Assembly: GCF_018977255.1 (NCBI RefSeq)
Contig: NW_024704742.1
Location: 73,844,001 to 73,908,000, forward strand
Length of the DNA: 64,000 nt
Direction: 5' to 3'
DNA from: Callorhinchus milii
Lineage: Eukaryota
Made by a program: the position numbers and the translations under genes. Numbering within the stretch: position 1 is the first letter of the stretch; each line of letters opens with the position of its first letter. Under the pieces are notes generated by a model that did not search any database, was not told the origin of the DNA, and was given only the letters and a program-made list of their open reading frames with translations. Positions 23,033 to 37,526 of the stretch are shown one piece after another.

Positions 23033-23465
23033 ACATATTGCTGTCTGAGGGAGGATTTGAAGTGGTTTTGTTTCTGGTTGTTAGGTTGGTTTCTGTGGTC
23101 CGAGAAAGTTTCATGAATTTGGTATCACTCAACCAATTGCCAGGCCCTGCAGCACAACAAGAGAAAACTGTCTATCTGTGCAATTGGTTATTTTGACAAG
23201 TCCTGGCTTGAGAAGGGTGTGTACCATCTCTCCCACACAATCAGATATTTACATTGTCACCTGAAGTGTCTATACTATGGGAGGGAGGGTGAGGTGGAAG
23301 GCCGATAGCTTTATACAATGTAAATCCAGAGCTGCTAAACCTTGGAACTTCTTGCAGTTTTGCCTTTTGATTTATTTCCCCCATCACCAATTTTGTCTTG
23401 TGCTTTCAAGTGGGGGTAAATCCTCCAAGTGTCTGTACTTCATGGATGAGCATGAGCATGAGTAT

Positions 23466-25145
23466 CACCAGTGGAAACAGTCTCATAATATCTATCCTGT
23501 CAAGACCCTTAAGAATTTTATAGGTTTCTGTAAGATCACCTCTAATTCTTCTATATTCTAGAGAATATAGGCCTAGTCTATTCAACCTCTCCTCGTAAAT
23601 CAACCCCTCATCCCAGGAACCAATCTAGTGAACCTACGCTGCACCCCCCTCTAAGGCGAATATATCCTTTCTTAGATAAGGAGACCAAAACTGCACACAA
23701 TATTCTAGGTGAGGTCTCACCAAGGCCTTATACAACTGCAGCAAGACTTCCCTACTTTTGTACTCTAAACCTTTTGCAATAGACATGCTATTACTTCCTA
23801 ATTGCTTGCTGAACCTGCATACTAACTTTCTGTGATTGGTGTACAAGGACACCTAAATCCCTTTGAATACAAACACTACCTAGTCTCTCCCCCTCTAGAA
23901 AATAATTTGCTTTTCTATTTTTTCTACCTAGGTGAACAACCACTTCCCCACATTATACTCCATCTGCCACCTTCTTGCCCACTCAATTAATCTCCCTATA
24001 TCCCTTTGCATCCTCCTTGTGTCCTCCTCACAGTTTACTTTCCCACCTAGCTTTGTATTATCTGCGAATTTAGATACATTAAGCTCTATTTCCTCATCTA
24101 AGTTATTGATGTAGACTGTAAACAGTTGAGGCCCAGCACTGATCCTTGCGGCACTCCACTGGTCACAACCTGCCAATCTGAGAAGGACCCGTTTATCCCT
24201 ACTCTCTGATTTCTGCCTGTTAACCAATCTTCGATCCATGCTAATATATTACCCTTAATTCCATGAACCCCAATCTTATGTAACAACCTTTTATGTGGCA
24301 CCTTATTGAATGCCTTCTGAAAATCCAAATGCACTGTATCCACTGGTCCCCCCTTGTTAGTTACATCTTCAAAAAAGTCTAAAAGATTTGTTAAACACGA
24401 TTTCCCTTTCATAAAACCGAATTGCCTCTGCCTAATCATATTATGACTTTCTAAATGCCCCACAACCACATCCCTAATTATAGACTCTACAATTTTCCTT
24501 ACCACTGATGTCAGGCTAATTGATCTATAGTTCCCTATTTTACTCTCTCCCACCCTTCTTAAATAGCGACGTTACAAACAGAAGCAAAATATTTGTTTAG
24601 TGACTGCCATTTCTTTATTCCCATTATAATTTCTCTTGTCTCTGCCAGTAAGGCACCCACATTTACTTTTGTTAATCTCTTCCTCTTTATATACTTGCAA
24701 AAGCTCTTACGATCTGTCTTTATATCTCTACCTAGTTTACTCTCATATTCCATTTTCTCCTTCTTTATCAGTTGCTTGGTAATCCTTTGCTGATCTCAAA
24801 AGCCCTCCCAATCCTCAGGTTTACAGCTCTTTTTGGCAATATTATAGGCCTCTTCTTTTAATTTTATACTTTCCTTAACTTCTCTCGTTAGCCGTGGTTG
24901 AACCACTTTTCCCGTGGAATTTTTATTTGTCAGGGGAATATGCGTTCGCTGGGAATAATCTAACATATCTTTGAATGTTTGCCATTGTTTGTCTTTTAAT
25001 CTACTTTCCCAGTCTATTTAGCCAAATCATCCCTCATACATGCAAAGTTGGCTTTATTTAAGTTTAAGACCCTTGTTTCGGACTTAACTACCTACATCAC
25101 TGTCAAACTTAATATTAAATTGCATCATGTTATGGTCACTCTGCC
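23466..25145 (-). mobile_element. CR1 LINE ORF2 fragment (frameshifted, 3' end missing)
   Basis: Minus ORFs NYRSISLTS, GKSCLTNLLDFFEDVT, GVPQGSVLG, SKFADNTKL, VRPHLEYCVQFWSPY. Confidence 0.95.
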
Positions 25146-26042
25146 CTATAGTTCTTGAAGAGGAATGGTGAACCTTGGTTACTTGCCAGAGGATGAGCGT
25201 AGATTGTGAACTAAATTTAAAAATGTATTCGCTTAAAAATATGATGCTTCAAAAAAGAGAACGAAGTACCAAAGACTCAAAGTTCCATCTAGTCTTAGTC
25301 TCCCTGACTATCTTGTATTAAAATTCACAATCACACAGGATTGTGGAAAATTCTTAAATTCAATCGTAATTTGGAAAACAGCACTTTTTTAATAATTGGA
25401 AAACCGGTTTCCAAACGAAGACCGAATTTAAGAATTTTTCACAATTCTGTACCATATTAAAATAAAATGGCCTCACAATAACAGCAACTTGCAGTTGCAT
25501 AGCACCCAGAGTGGGGTTAGAGTCTCAGAACGCTGCTCATACAGGTAAAGATTAGGTGGAATTTCGAGCTCCAAAATCATTGATAGAGAATGTTCTGGTT
25601 TTATATCGATTTGAAATTCATGGATTGAATATCATATAGGTTTCTGAGCCATAGTATTTAAATATAAAGAATAACTCTTGAAAGGGTTAAGGAAGATCGA
25701 ACAGCTGAAGTCCTTCAAGCAACAATCAAAATAGAAATTGTGTGCACATCTGAACCAGAGATATCTTTCAAGGACGATAACTGATAACAAGCACAAAGCT
25801 CTTTCAATCAACTCTCATTTTATTTATAGATATTTGGCATCAGTAATGGAGAGGCTTAGGAGAAATTCTTAATAGAAATAACCCTCCATAGGTTCCTCTC
25901 AGCTTTGAGTGGTACATAAGATACAGCACCACTGCTGGCTAGATTAGTATTCCCCTCACATTGCCCTTCAATGGAATCTACAAAGGTCTGAATAGCAATT
26001 TTTCAGTTTAGCATGGAGGAAAACTAATGCAAGGATTATTTA

Positions 26043-26402
26043 GAGTCCTGTAGCTCAGTAGTTAGACCACTTACCTCGCAAGCGAGAGAACTGGATTCGA
26101 TTCCCATCACAGCAAAACATTGGTTAAATTTCTTTACAGCACACGCCTCTGTTTACCTAGCAGTAAGCAGAAACCGGGTTGCTAGTCGAGTTGGCGGATC
26201 ACTTTTCTGGGGGTAATAACAATAATAAATTGGTCACTCAATCCATGACTGTTTGTGGGACACTGCTGTGCGCAAATGGCTGCCGCGTTTCGCCCAAAAA
26301 ATATCCAACCAATTCACTTTACAGTATATTCAGTGAAGCTTTGAGATGTCTCAAAAACATGATAAGGTGCTATATCAAATGCAAGGATTATTATATTATT
26401 AT
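26043..26402 (+). mobile_element. tRNA-headed SINE, long form
   Basis: gagtcctgtagctcag head, extra internal segment and tail. Confidence 0.87.
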
Positions 26403-26854
26403 TTACAACTAGGGAAATCTTGAATTCATCACATGGAGTAGACTACTTTACAACAGATTGCCTTGTGACCTCAACAATACAGCCAAGATTCTGCTTCCAC
26501 ATGTAAACGTTATTGCACACCTTCTATTTCCATATCGTTGGCCATCACTCTAAACTCCGAGAGCTCCTTTGATGTGAGTGTCTTTTCACGCTAGCCAGCC
26601 TTCATTATGAAGATGTACAATAAGAATCCCCAAACGGATAAAAGGGAAAGATTTCTGCTTAATTTATGTTTCAATGCAGTACAGATAAACTGAAGGACCA
26701 TATGCCAATTGCAAACAATTTGAACATCAAAGAAACCTGGTTTGAACTTTTGACAATACCGTATTGCAGAATGAGAACCAAAGCACTTACACTTGATTTA
26801 ATGGATTTGCATTGAATATTATTGCAATACATGTTGTGCAATAATTGTTGTGGG

Positions 26855-27100
26855 ATGGATTGTTGGCCAGGACACTGGAGAAACAGCCTTCTCTTTTTGA
26901 ATAGTGCCATAGGATCTTTAACATCCACGTGAACAGGCAGATGGGGCCTCAGTTTAACATCTCATCCAAAGGACAGCAACCCCAACAATACCATATCCCC
27001 CAGCGCTGCATTGGAGTATCAGTTTGGATCACATAAGTTTAGGTCCCAAAGTTTAACCCACAACCTTCTGACTCAGGGGCAAGAATGCTATCAAGCCAGG
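26855..27100 (-). mobile_element. Old DeuSINE-type SINE, 5' half
   Basis: Family motifs as at 4200-4625. Confidence 0.75.
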
Positions 27101-27429
27101 TTGAAACAAAACATTCAAAGTATTAGAGATGATTTCACAACAGGATTGTTAAAATTTGATAGAGTGAGTAAAGATGGTGGGTCAAACAATTGTTCTATTT
27201 TACTTGTTTTGATTGAGTGTCTCACTTTTAAGATTATGAGTTCTAATTTTGCAATGTGCATTCTGTGTTTTATTTATTGCTGACAAAGTTGCGCATGTTT
27301 TCTCTTCAACACTAGTTAAGCTCTCCTGCAGGTCACAATTCAGACCTCACCAGCCGCATAAACAACAACTTACATTGATATAGTGTTTTTCATTTTGGTA
27401 CATTTTGGTAGAAGGAATAAGGAAGTCAC

Positions 27430-27612
27430 GTACATCTAGGGGTATGCATACACAATTCACTGAAAGTAGCAACGCTGGTTAATAAGGCCATAAAAAGGCA
27501 AACCAGGCATTGGGGTTCATTTCCAGAGGGATAGAAATGAAAAGTAGGGAAGTTATGGTAAACTGCTATAGAACCTTGGTTAGACGACACTTAGAATACT
27601 GTATGCAGTTCT
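27430..27612 (+). mobile_element. CR1 ORF2 fragment
   Basis: KKANQALGFISRGIEMKSREVMVNCYRTLVRRHLEYCMQF. Confidence 0.85.
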
Positions 27613-29869
27613 CATATTTTAAGTGTTTCATTAATATAGCCACAAATTAAATGTAAAATATTTTTAATAACTGTCTATTTGAAGACTCAGTTGCACACAC
27701 ATTCCAAATGCTTCTCTTCAATTTCACTGTCAATTATCTGAGTCTATTTTAAAGATACAATTGATAATTTCGGGTGTATAGATTCAGGAAAGCTCCCAAC
27801 CTGTAAATAAATTTGCATAGGAGTGCAGACAGGCTCAGAACTGGAACACTCTTCTACCTGGCTAGTGATAAAATTCTCTTTGGATCAGAGAAAAGGGCTT
27901 TAATTTCCTGGGATGAGAAGCAGAGAGAAGTTGCGTCAAATGTAGTTTTTAGCAGCATGGAGGCAATGTTCCTGATAGACCTCCGACTGATGGGTTGACA
28001 GGAACAACTGGCCTATGGACCCTCCACACCTGCTTCCTTCTGCACCAGTAAATTGTATTGTAATTGGAAGCTGAAATGAAGATGGTGGGAGATGAACATC
28101 AAACAGTTCCTTGCTGTGTAGATTAGGCAATTACCAGACAGCTCTGGCTTCACTGTGACCATTAGAGACTGCTTCCTGCCGACACTGTGAACCGAAACAG
28201 ATCATGATTGAAAATTTACTAAATGGCTTCAACAAGGAGCCTGAATCAACTGAGAAGATTTTCATTGATTGATGCCCTATCCTTTCATTACACTGAAAAT
28301 CTTTGCAACACTGTAATTATCTCCAATGACTCAGAACCACACTGTAGTCTGAGAGAGAAAATAATCAATATAGCAAGTGCCCTTTCCTGAATGTTAGTAT
28401 GGAGCATGGCTGCCACAGGAATAATTCAGAGTTAAAGCAAAGCTGCCATCCTGAGAAGGAAATAGCCTTCATCAGCTTCTCTTCACCATTTACATTAAAA
28501 TCACTTTTACAAACACAAGACCACAAGGCCATAAGATGTGTTGAGGTAAAGAAAGCTCTTTTGATGTCATTTTTCCAGAATACCTACATGACTATCCTCC
28601 CATCACTGGTTCTAACTTCTTTTTAAATGAATCCAATGCCCTGGCCTCAATCACCCTTCCTGGCAACCTGTTCCAGTCATGAATTACTGGGTAAAGAAAA
28701 ACTTACCCAGAGGGTAATTTTTAAATAGTAAATAGGAGACGTGAGGTAGGTGAGTACTGCGTTTTACTTTAGCAATAATTGTGGAAAATTGGGCCCTCTT
28801 TTCTTTAATAATTTGCTGGACCATAAGCCCAGCTACAGTGTCTGTTTTTAGAATAGATTTTTACATTATTATTCTGAAATGCAAATCTTGCCAAAATAAG
28901 ACATTTTTCTGGTCTCTGTATTCATTTGTTTGAAGGAGGGAGACAGGAGTCAACAATTGTACCAGTTAGAAACTGGACTTATCTCTCTAGTTTTATAACT
29001 CACCATCTCTACCATATGTTTCAAATTTTTTTTATCAGTACTGGGTGTGTTTGAAATATCTCAGTGTTCCAGTGAAGCAAGACTCCGTTGAAGAAAGGTC
29101 AGGAAAGAACAAGGATGACGACGTTCTCATTTCTGTGGAAAAACATTTTTATTTTGTTTACAAATAAGATGTGTTTCCAATGACACTGCACCCCAGTTAT
29201 CTATAGGGCCATAATAATAATAATTCTTGTATTTAAAATAACACCTTATCATGGTGTTGAGAAATCTCAAAACCCTTCACAGAATATATTGTAAAGTGTA
29301 GTGACTGTGTATTTTGTGGAACTTGCACTTTTCTCTTGAAAAAAAATTACTATCAATCACCTGTTACTGACAGGCTGTAATATAAATCCCTTCTTCAAAG
29401 CAAAGAAACAACTGATGGTGTTTCTTACTTGCTACTGCTACCAATTGCCAAAGAGCTCAGCTCACTAATACTGTGCTTAATGCTTACTTTAATTACCGCG
29501 GTGTATCACACAGTTAACTCTTCCGAGAGCAATTCCTCTTGTGCTCAATCTGTTATTAATTGTGGAAAAGGGAATTGTGAAGAGAAGTAGGTATCAGTTA
29601 AGAGACTTGGTGTGTGCCTGAAAGACTGTGGGTATGAAAAGGGTTCTTGACAAGAGGATATTGACAATTAACTTCTTGACTGCAAAGACATTTTACTAAT
29701 GTGGTTATGTCATGTACAAAGTCAACTGTATTATTAATATCATCCTGTAAATATGTACTGCCACATATTGTAAAACAGAATTTGAGAAATTACTGCGGGG
29801 TAGAAGGATTAATTAAAGTAACAGTATAGTATATCCTCATTTAAACACTTTGTTCTTTCTAAAGTTGAT

Positions 29870-30265
29870 AATAATCTTTATATAAGTACCTTATCACGTC
29901 ATCAAAACATCTCAAAGTGTTTCACATGATTAACTGGAAAGTGTAGTGACAATATTTTGGGTAGATAAATTCAGCAGTTAATTTGCACATAGTCATGAAG
30001 CAAATAGCCATATTTATCTGGGGAATGCGTTCATCAGGAAACAAAGAGAAACTCCCTTCTCTATTTAGACATTGTTATGGGATCTTTAACATCCACCTGG
30101 GACCTAGGTTTAGTATCTTATCTGAAGAACGGCACCTCTAACAATGCAGGGCTGCCCTAGTACTGTTTTGGAGTGTTGCCTGGACTGTAACCTCAAAGAC
30201 CTCAAATGCAGGGCTTGATTTCACAACCCTCCACCTAAGAGGGTCGACGGCTGCCAACTGAGCCA
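29870..30265 (-). mobile_element. Old DeuSINE-type SINE
   Basis: Diverged tail, body and head. Confidence 0.7.
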
Positions 30266-31931
30266 CCTTGATACTTGGATATTTCTGAAGCTGGTCTTAT
30301 CATACGACGAGATGTTTTGCACCTTATCATAGTCAGAGCCATATCGTTATGTACGTCTCTAGTGTGCCTCTTTTCTGCCTTCCTCCCTTTTGTATTTCTA
30401 TATCTTTCCGTAATGATGATAAAATCTCCTATGACATGAATGGGTAAAGAAATACCCTTCTTGATTCCAACCCCCATCTCGGGTCAAACCCTTAACAGTC
30501 CAGCACCTTTGAACTTCCTTCTTATGTGATAGGTGCTATATAAATGTAATGTTGTTTTACATTGTTTTTATTTAAGTCATTATAAGAACTGAAAAATCGG
30601 ACAAAGTTTTTTTAAAAAAAAGCTTCTGTCATTTCTGTGATTATCAGTTCCTTTCAAGTAGCTGACCACACAACTTCATTCAGTTATCTTACAGGTTAGC
30701 ATAGTCTCTCAGTGCATTAATGTAAAAAATAATAATAATAAATGCATAAACATGCATGTTCCCACAGGAATGTGTTCTCTGCTGTTCAGTTACACTAAAC
30801 GGATTTAGCCACCCGATAATGTTGTCTAAAATACAAAATGCTACATTTCCTGGCAAGTCAACATTATGACCACGTGTGAAGCAGATGGCAGAGCAATGTG
30901 ATATTTCCAACATTGCTGAGTATTGCTATACCCAGTGTGGTGTAGGACCTAAAGGGTGAGATTGCAGGCAAGAAGTCCGAAATCCCACCCATTAGGCCCG
31001 AAATGTACGAGTCAAAGAAAACCTCGGAGGTGTTCATTAGCAGGACAATCTGAGATTTTTCCAACTCAGTTCCTGTTGACCCTGCAAGCCAAAGAACCCT
31101 TACAGGTAGGGTGGTCCCAACTGGACAACCAATGGGAAGCTTGCCAGGTAGTGCTTTCAATAGTAAGCTATGTGTTTTGGGCTGGTTAGAGTCCAGCGAA
31201 ATTGGTGCGTTTTTAAAAGCTTCCTTTGTGTGGTTTTTATGGTTATTATTAGTCATTCCTGTTATTAAAGTGAGCTGAGAAAGTTGATGTCAGGTGATTT
31301 ATTGCAATACTGAACCCTGGTAAATAGGAGGGATAACAAAACTTCAGAGGTGTTTCTTTAAACACAAACAAAATGTAAAATGAGGAAATGGAATCATATC
31401 AGCAGTGGCCTCTCAGGTTCTACACATGAAATGCTACTTCTCTCTGGCTTCCAAGACACAGATTAGCTGGCGAGTTTGCCACCACAAGTTCTGCTATATA
31501 CAATTTTATTATTTATTTCTAGATTATCATCCTCTTCTTTCATTATGCTAGTCATTTTAGGTGCTGTCTGTTTTGCAGCATTAAAGGACTGCCCTGTCAT
31601 TGCTATTTCAAGGAAACATTGAGCCTTTATCCGGTTATCCTTGGTTGTCTGCAAAAACGCAGTCATTACACTTTACATTGTAAGAACTACTTTTCGACCG
31701 TGCTTATGGTCACCTCCTCTCCCCCTTGCCCAGCATCCAACCCCACTACTGTGCAGCACTCTGAAGGACACATGGAAGGCAGCATATAAATACAAGCTGT
31801 TTTTGTTGCTTACAGTATATTCTGTGAAGCGTTTTGAGACATTCTCTTGACTTGAAAGGTGCCATATCAAATGTAAGNTTTTTTTATTAAATGACCCTCT
31901 GAATTTACCCCTAAATTCACAATAAATTAAA

Positions 31932-32238
31932 AGCTCAGTGGTTAGAGCACTCGCTTTGCAAGTGAGAGACCTGAGTTCAATTCCAGACAGGGCGAAACCT
32001 TGGGCAAGTTTCCTTACTCCACACAGAGCCTAATAATAATCCCTCCAAAAAAAAACAATAATAAATTGGTCATTTTCAATCCATGACTGTTTGTGGGACA
32101 CTGCTGTGCGCAATTGGCTGCCGCGTTCTCCCACAAATATACGGTCAATTCACTTTACAGTATATTCTGTGAAGCGCTTTGGGATGTCTAGAAGACTTGA
32201 AAAGCGCTATATCAAATGCAAGGCTTATTAGTATTATT
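31932..32238 (+). mobile_element. tRNA-headed SINE, short form
   Basis: Lacks only the first ~9 nt of the head. Confidence 0.88.
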
Positions 32239-33299
32239 AAAAGCCAATTACAAAACAACAACTAGCATTTATATACTGCCCTTCATGCAGGGAGGCACCT
32301 CAGAGCGCTTAACATTAGAGGAGCTTGAGGAAGGGGAGGGACATGCAGGAGGCTGGAACCAGCTGAGTGAAGGTGGCAGACGTGAGTGTGAGGAACAAAT
32401 ACTGAACAAATACTAAAATTGTGTCTAATTAACTGTGGTGCTTTAATCTTGTGTCCTTTGCTTTGGAAGAACATAACTTTGCTCTTTGATTCATTACATG
32501 ACACTCAATCCTTGGACTCAAGGTTGTTGAGTCTAATTTTACATTCTGTTTTATTGCTGAGGGTCATCAGTTCCCAAAGACGTTTGCAAATGTAAAACTA
32601 AATATTAGTGTGTTCATTGGTTCCAGTGTATCGGCATTAGAGCTAGGTTTATTAACACAATGCAATGCTTACTCTTACATCGGATGATGTTTCTAGTTCT
32701 CGTGGATGTGTACAGCAAATAGAAAACAAAAGCAAATAGGAAGCCTGAAGTTAAACTACCTTTGATACCTGGTATTGTCCCAAAGCGATTCGGAATAAGA
32801 GCAGGCAACTGGAGCAGAGAATGATCAGAGCGATGTCTTTTAGGCCTCTCTGTGTCACTGCTGTGATATAGGGTATTTCTCCTGTGATCCTCCTGCCCAT
32901 ATAGCATCCAATTCAATCTTAGAAAATATTTTATGGTTTAAATTGTGAGAGTCGCGAATGGATTTGTAGTTTGAAAATCCAGCAGATTGCAAATCCCTGA
33001 TGTATCAGAAACCAACCTGCTGGATTTCCACTCCAAATCAATCTAAGATCTAAGTTCGGTGAAACCAGATTGTAGACAAAGAAGGTGCTGGCAGGTGTAG
33101 GTTCCCATCTATATACGAGCACAGTTCTAGCAGAAAGATCATAAACTAACATAAACCTCTTACCACTCTTCATCTCTGGCACCAATCTCCTCAATCTCCC
33201 CAGCCTATTCCTCACACTCACTAACCTCTGTATCCAGTTTGATCTCTAGCAGTCCTTTTATATCAGTGCCTGACCAAGACCTCTTTCCTTTACCTCTGC

Positions 33300-34035
33300 C
33301 ACATTGCCTGTCTCAGTCCTTACCTCACACCTGCCAAAACTTCACATGCTTTGTCACCTTCCACCTTGATCTCCAACACATAACTCGCTGTCTTCTCTAG
33401 AACCCCCCATCCTCTGGAACTCCATCCCACAGTCCCTCCGCCTCACCTCCTTCCTTGCCTCCTTCAAGACCCATCTCAAGACTCTCCCCTTTGACCGCAC
33501 CTTCAGTCATCCTTCTTCCCCCCCTGGCCCCCAGCTCAGGTCCGAAACACTGATTGTCCATCGCCTTGGGACGTCCTCCCGATGCTATACAAATGTAATT
33601 TTGTTGTTTCCCCATCTCCCCGGCTCCACCATCCACAAGGTCCAGCTCATCCCAAGCTCCAAACTCCAAGCATCAAACTCTGCATGCCCATCACCCCAAA
33701 CCTCGCCATGCTTCACTGGCTCCTTGTTTCTGAACAGATTGAGTTCAAGGTCCTCACCCTCACATACAAATCACGTCCAGCACCTCCCAACCTCTCCACC
33801 CCCTTAGCTCAGCTACCACAGGCTGCTGTGTATGACCCAACCACCATCAGTGGCCAACCCTTCCCTCCACCTCACCCCTCTCTCTATCTATCTTCAAATG
33901 ACACCTTGAAACCTACTTCTTCAACTGTACCTATCGTCACCCCTCCCCTTCCTCCTTGCTCGGCATCCAAACCCTCCACATGAAGCATTCTGAGTGTGTG
34001 CCCTATATGAAGGGCACCATATAAATGCAAGTTGA
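33300..34035 (+). mobile_element. Nested L2 3' fragments
   Basis: Younger L2 tail at about 33403-33608 lies inside an older L2 (LHWLLVSEQIEFKVLTLTYK). Confidence 0.75.
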
Positions 34036-35001
34036 TTTTGCATATCACATGTCAAGGTGCCTCTAATAAATCTTCCAAAACCTTCCCCAAAGGCAAGTGA
34101 GGATTGAGCAGCAAACATACTCGAGTCAACAATATCCAGCTCTAGGTATAACTACAGTACAGTAGAGTAATATATTATTACCATGTCAGGAGACCTGTGA
34201 CAGCACAGTTTGTCTCTGTCTTGTTCTCTATTAGATCTTCTGTATTGACCCTGGTCTTTATTGAGCTGTCTCTCAGCTGTCGCTGCCGAATAATTGAAAC
34301 TTTTTTTTGCTTCATTCTTTGAGTTCAAAGCAGCATTGAGCGCTCCCAGGTTAGGTACAACGTATGTTAATGGTGTGTAACAATCCCTCAATGCTAACAC
34401 ATTGTGTTTGACCTCAGCCCAGGGAGAGTAGCTTCCGTTACCTTCCAGTAAGACACTTTGTGGTACACACCATCTGTTTGTTGTATCAGAATGTCTAATT
34501 ACTGCCTCTGGACGAGTGGTCTTTCAGCAGCCAGACGGAATATTTATTTCTACATATTTTGAACAGAATTTAACCCTAGATCTCAAAGCTGAAGGAGGTT
34601 TCTCTAACCAACTGCACCATTCAATCCAAATCAAATGTTAATATTGGAACACATTTTTGGAAGAATCATATTTCACACTTGAGGTGTGCTGAGCTTGGCT
34701 TTCACACAGTTGCATGTGNTTTTTGATTGTGACATATTGTAGAAAAAGGGCAAAACTTGCAATAAACATCAAATAATAAAAATACTTGTATTTGATGTAG
34801 CACCCTTAATGAAACAACAATAACAACAAATTACATTTGTATATCGCATTTCACATCAGGAGGACGTGCACATTAAGCACACTTAATGTCGAAATACCTC
34901 AAAGCGTTTCACAGGTGTGTAGTAACAGCGTTCCACAGCATGTGTTGTAATATTTGCATTTTAGGCAAACAGATCAGCTAAGTATGATTGAGTTGACCCT
35001 A

Positions 35002-35331
35002 AATAATAATAATAATAATAATAATAATCCTTGCATTTGATATAGCGCTTTTCACGTCGGGAGGACATCCCAAAGCGCTTCACAGAACACACTGTAAAGT
35101 GAATTGACTGTATATTTGTGGGCGAACGCGACAGCCAATTGCGCACAGCAATGTCCCACAAACAGTCGTAGATTGAAAATGACCAATTTATTATTGTTTT
35201 GTTTTTTTGGAGGGATTATTATTAGGCGTGTGGAGTAAGGAAACTTGCCCAAGGTTTCGCCCTGTGCCTGGAATTGAACTCAGGTCTCTCACTTGCAAAG
35301 CGAGTGCTCTAACCACTGAGCTACAGGACTC
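35002..35331 (-). mobile_element. Young tRNA-headed SINE (short form), full length
   Basis: Near-identical to the 119-431 and 39572-39896 copies; long (ATT)n tail. Confidence 0.92.
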
Positions 35332-36429
35332 CACAAGGGACGTGTTTAGCAAAGCCAAATACTCCTGCAAGGACTCCAAGATACATTTTCAAGTATAAAC
35401 ATGTCCTCAAATGATCTTTTTAATGGATAGAATAATTATATCTGAAACAATAACATTTTTACTTCAGTTTTACAGTTTTCTCTTTGATCCCTTCAATAAT
35501 GCTTCCTTTCAATGAAACTGATCAGCAATGGGTTGTAAAAAGCAACGCCATTACATGTTTGCATTTCTTTTAATAAATAGCCCTAGCTTGAGTGAGCTGC
35601 TTGTCACTGTTCATGGCTGCAGTGCTTGGATTGTAGGTTGGTGATCTGATTTCTGCACGGATCAGCTGACACATTTTGCCTTTTGGGAATGTAAGCAATT
35701 TGCTGGATGCTGATGCCTTGGCACACCGCACGGGCAGTGTGCTGGGGCTTCAACGCTTATGCCTGAGAATTAATGAGAACGTGAAGCTTGACTTATGAAG
35801 TGAAAGTATGTAAATAATTAATTCACAAATCATTTTAATTAGCAGTGTCTCAGTAATATAATCTCTCACCAAACAAATATTGCTTTCAACAACAATATGC
35901 TTGTTGTTGACATTTTGTATTAATAATACTAATCCTTGCATTTGAAATAACGCCTTATCACGTTGTTGAGACGTCTCAAAGCACTTCACAGGTTATACTG
36001 TAAAGTGCATTTTGTAGGCAAAACTCGGCAGCCAATTGTGCACAGCAGCGTCCCACAAATAGAATTGGATTGAGTTACCAAATGATCATTTTTTTAAGGG
36101 ATTATTGCACATGGAAAGCGATCTGCCAAATCCCGTGGCAATTTGAACTCACATTTTGTACCCTGGGGTCAGTCAAGTGCTTCACTGTTAGGCCTTCAGT
36201 TTAGTAACTAAACAAAAATTAAATCCTTTAAATTAGTGTGGTACATTCTTTTCTTTCCTATATTTATTAAGATAAGGTTGACAAAGCTGCTTGACCAAAC
36301 TGCTGTAAAAACCTGGAATTTAGATGCCTTAAGATAACAATTTCTGCATGGCTTGACAGTCCTGGAAATGCTCAAGACTTCAGCTACAATCCAGTATCTG
36401 CTCTGAGCTGTGAATACAACCCAGTATCT

Positions 36430-36903
36430 GCTCTTAAACTCCGTGACCCCATCTCCCCCATTCTCGCCCGACTCCATTGACTCCCTTCCCTTCAGAGGAT
36501 CCAGTTCAAGATCTTGGTCCTCACCGACAAAGCCCCACCCTACCTCTGTGACCTCCTAACCCCCTACCAACCCGCCCGCTCCCTCTGCTCAGCCGGCTCT
36601 GGCCTGCTCCACCTCCCCCGACCCACCCGCCCCACCATTGGCGGGAAAGCCTTCAGCCTCTCTGCCCCCAACCTCTGGAATTCCATCCCCCAATCACTCC
36701 GCCTCACCCTCTCCTTAGCCTCCTTCAAGTCCAGCCTCAAAACCCTCCTCTTCGACCATGCCATCAGCCATCCCCTTCCCCTCCCCTCCCTTCTCCTACC
36801 CTGACTCCATCTCGGGTCTAAAATGCTGTACACTGTCCAGCGCCTTGGGACGTCCTCCCGACGTGAAAGGCGCTGTACAAATGTAATCTTGTTGTTGTTG
36901 TTG
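36430..36903 (+). mobile_element. L2 3' fragment
   Basis: APPYLCDLL...GGKAFSLSAPNLWNSIP; tail gggacgtcctcccgacgtgaaaggcgctg..(ttg)n. Confidence 0.9.
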
Positions 36904-37526
36904 AGCCAAGGTCTTGGGAGTAAATGCAACTTACAACCCGGCCACTGTTTCTGGAGGTTGCACCATTCAAGCGCTATTTAACTCATTGTAAACACAGGGA
37001 TTTAAAGGCAGAAAAGAACACCTGAAAATTGTTAATCTCATGCCCGTTAATATTATTTCTCTCTTTTAAGGGCTGATTGACCTGCTGTGCGATTGACTGC
37101 AGAAATAAATCAGCTTTCTTGCTCCAAATTGCTCCGTTACTAAAAGTGATGTTAAATCAGTATAAAAGGGACATTTGTTTGCAATCATTTACATCAGCTC
37201 TCTGCTGTAGTATGATATATTAAGATAATGGGTTCAGTGATAAATAGTAAGAAGTGGAAAGCAATTAAAAACTGCAGCTGATTCATAAATGGATGACCAT
37301 TTAGTTTATACCTCAGTTCCTCAATGCTGATGCTTGTCTTTTGCAAAAGGCAGAGGTGGGAAAGAACATAAATCTGGCCAAAGTTAGCAGAAAGGAGGGA
37401 GGGAGTGAGGGAGTAGGCCCACAAAATATTACAGAGGTAGAATAGAGCAACGATGTGGAAGCCTTTGAAAGTTATGATGAGCATCTTAAAGTCAACCACA
37501 TGGGAAATGAGTCTGGTAAGGATGGG

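Noticed and set aside
31525..31680. Possible exon with a hydrophobic signal-like stretch (MLVILGAVCFAALK)
   Set aside because: It reaches a stop soon after, and has no suitably placed donor or recognisable homology.
31878..34719. Single N bases at 31878 and 34719
   Set aside because: These are assembly ambiguities next to T-runs, not biological features.
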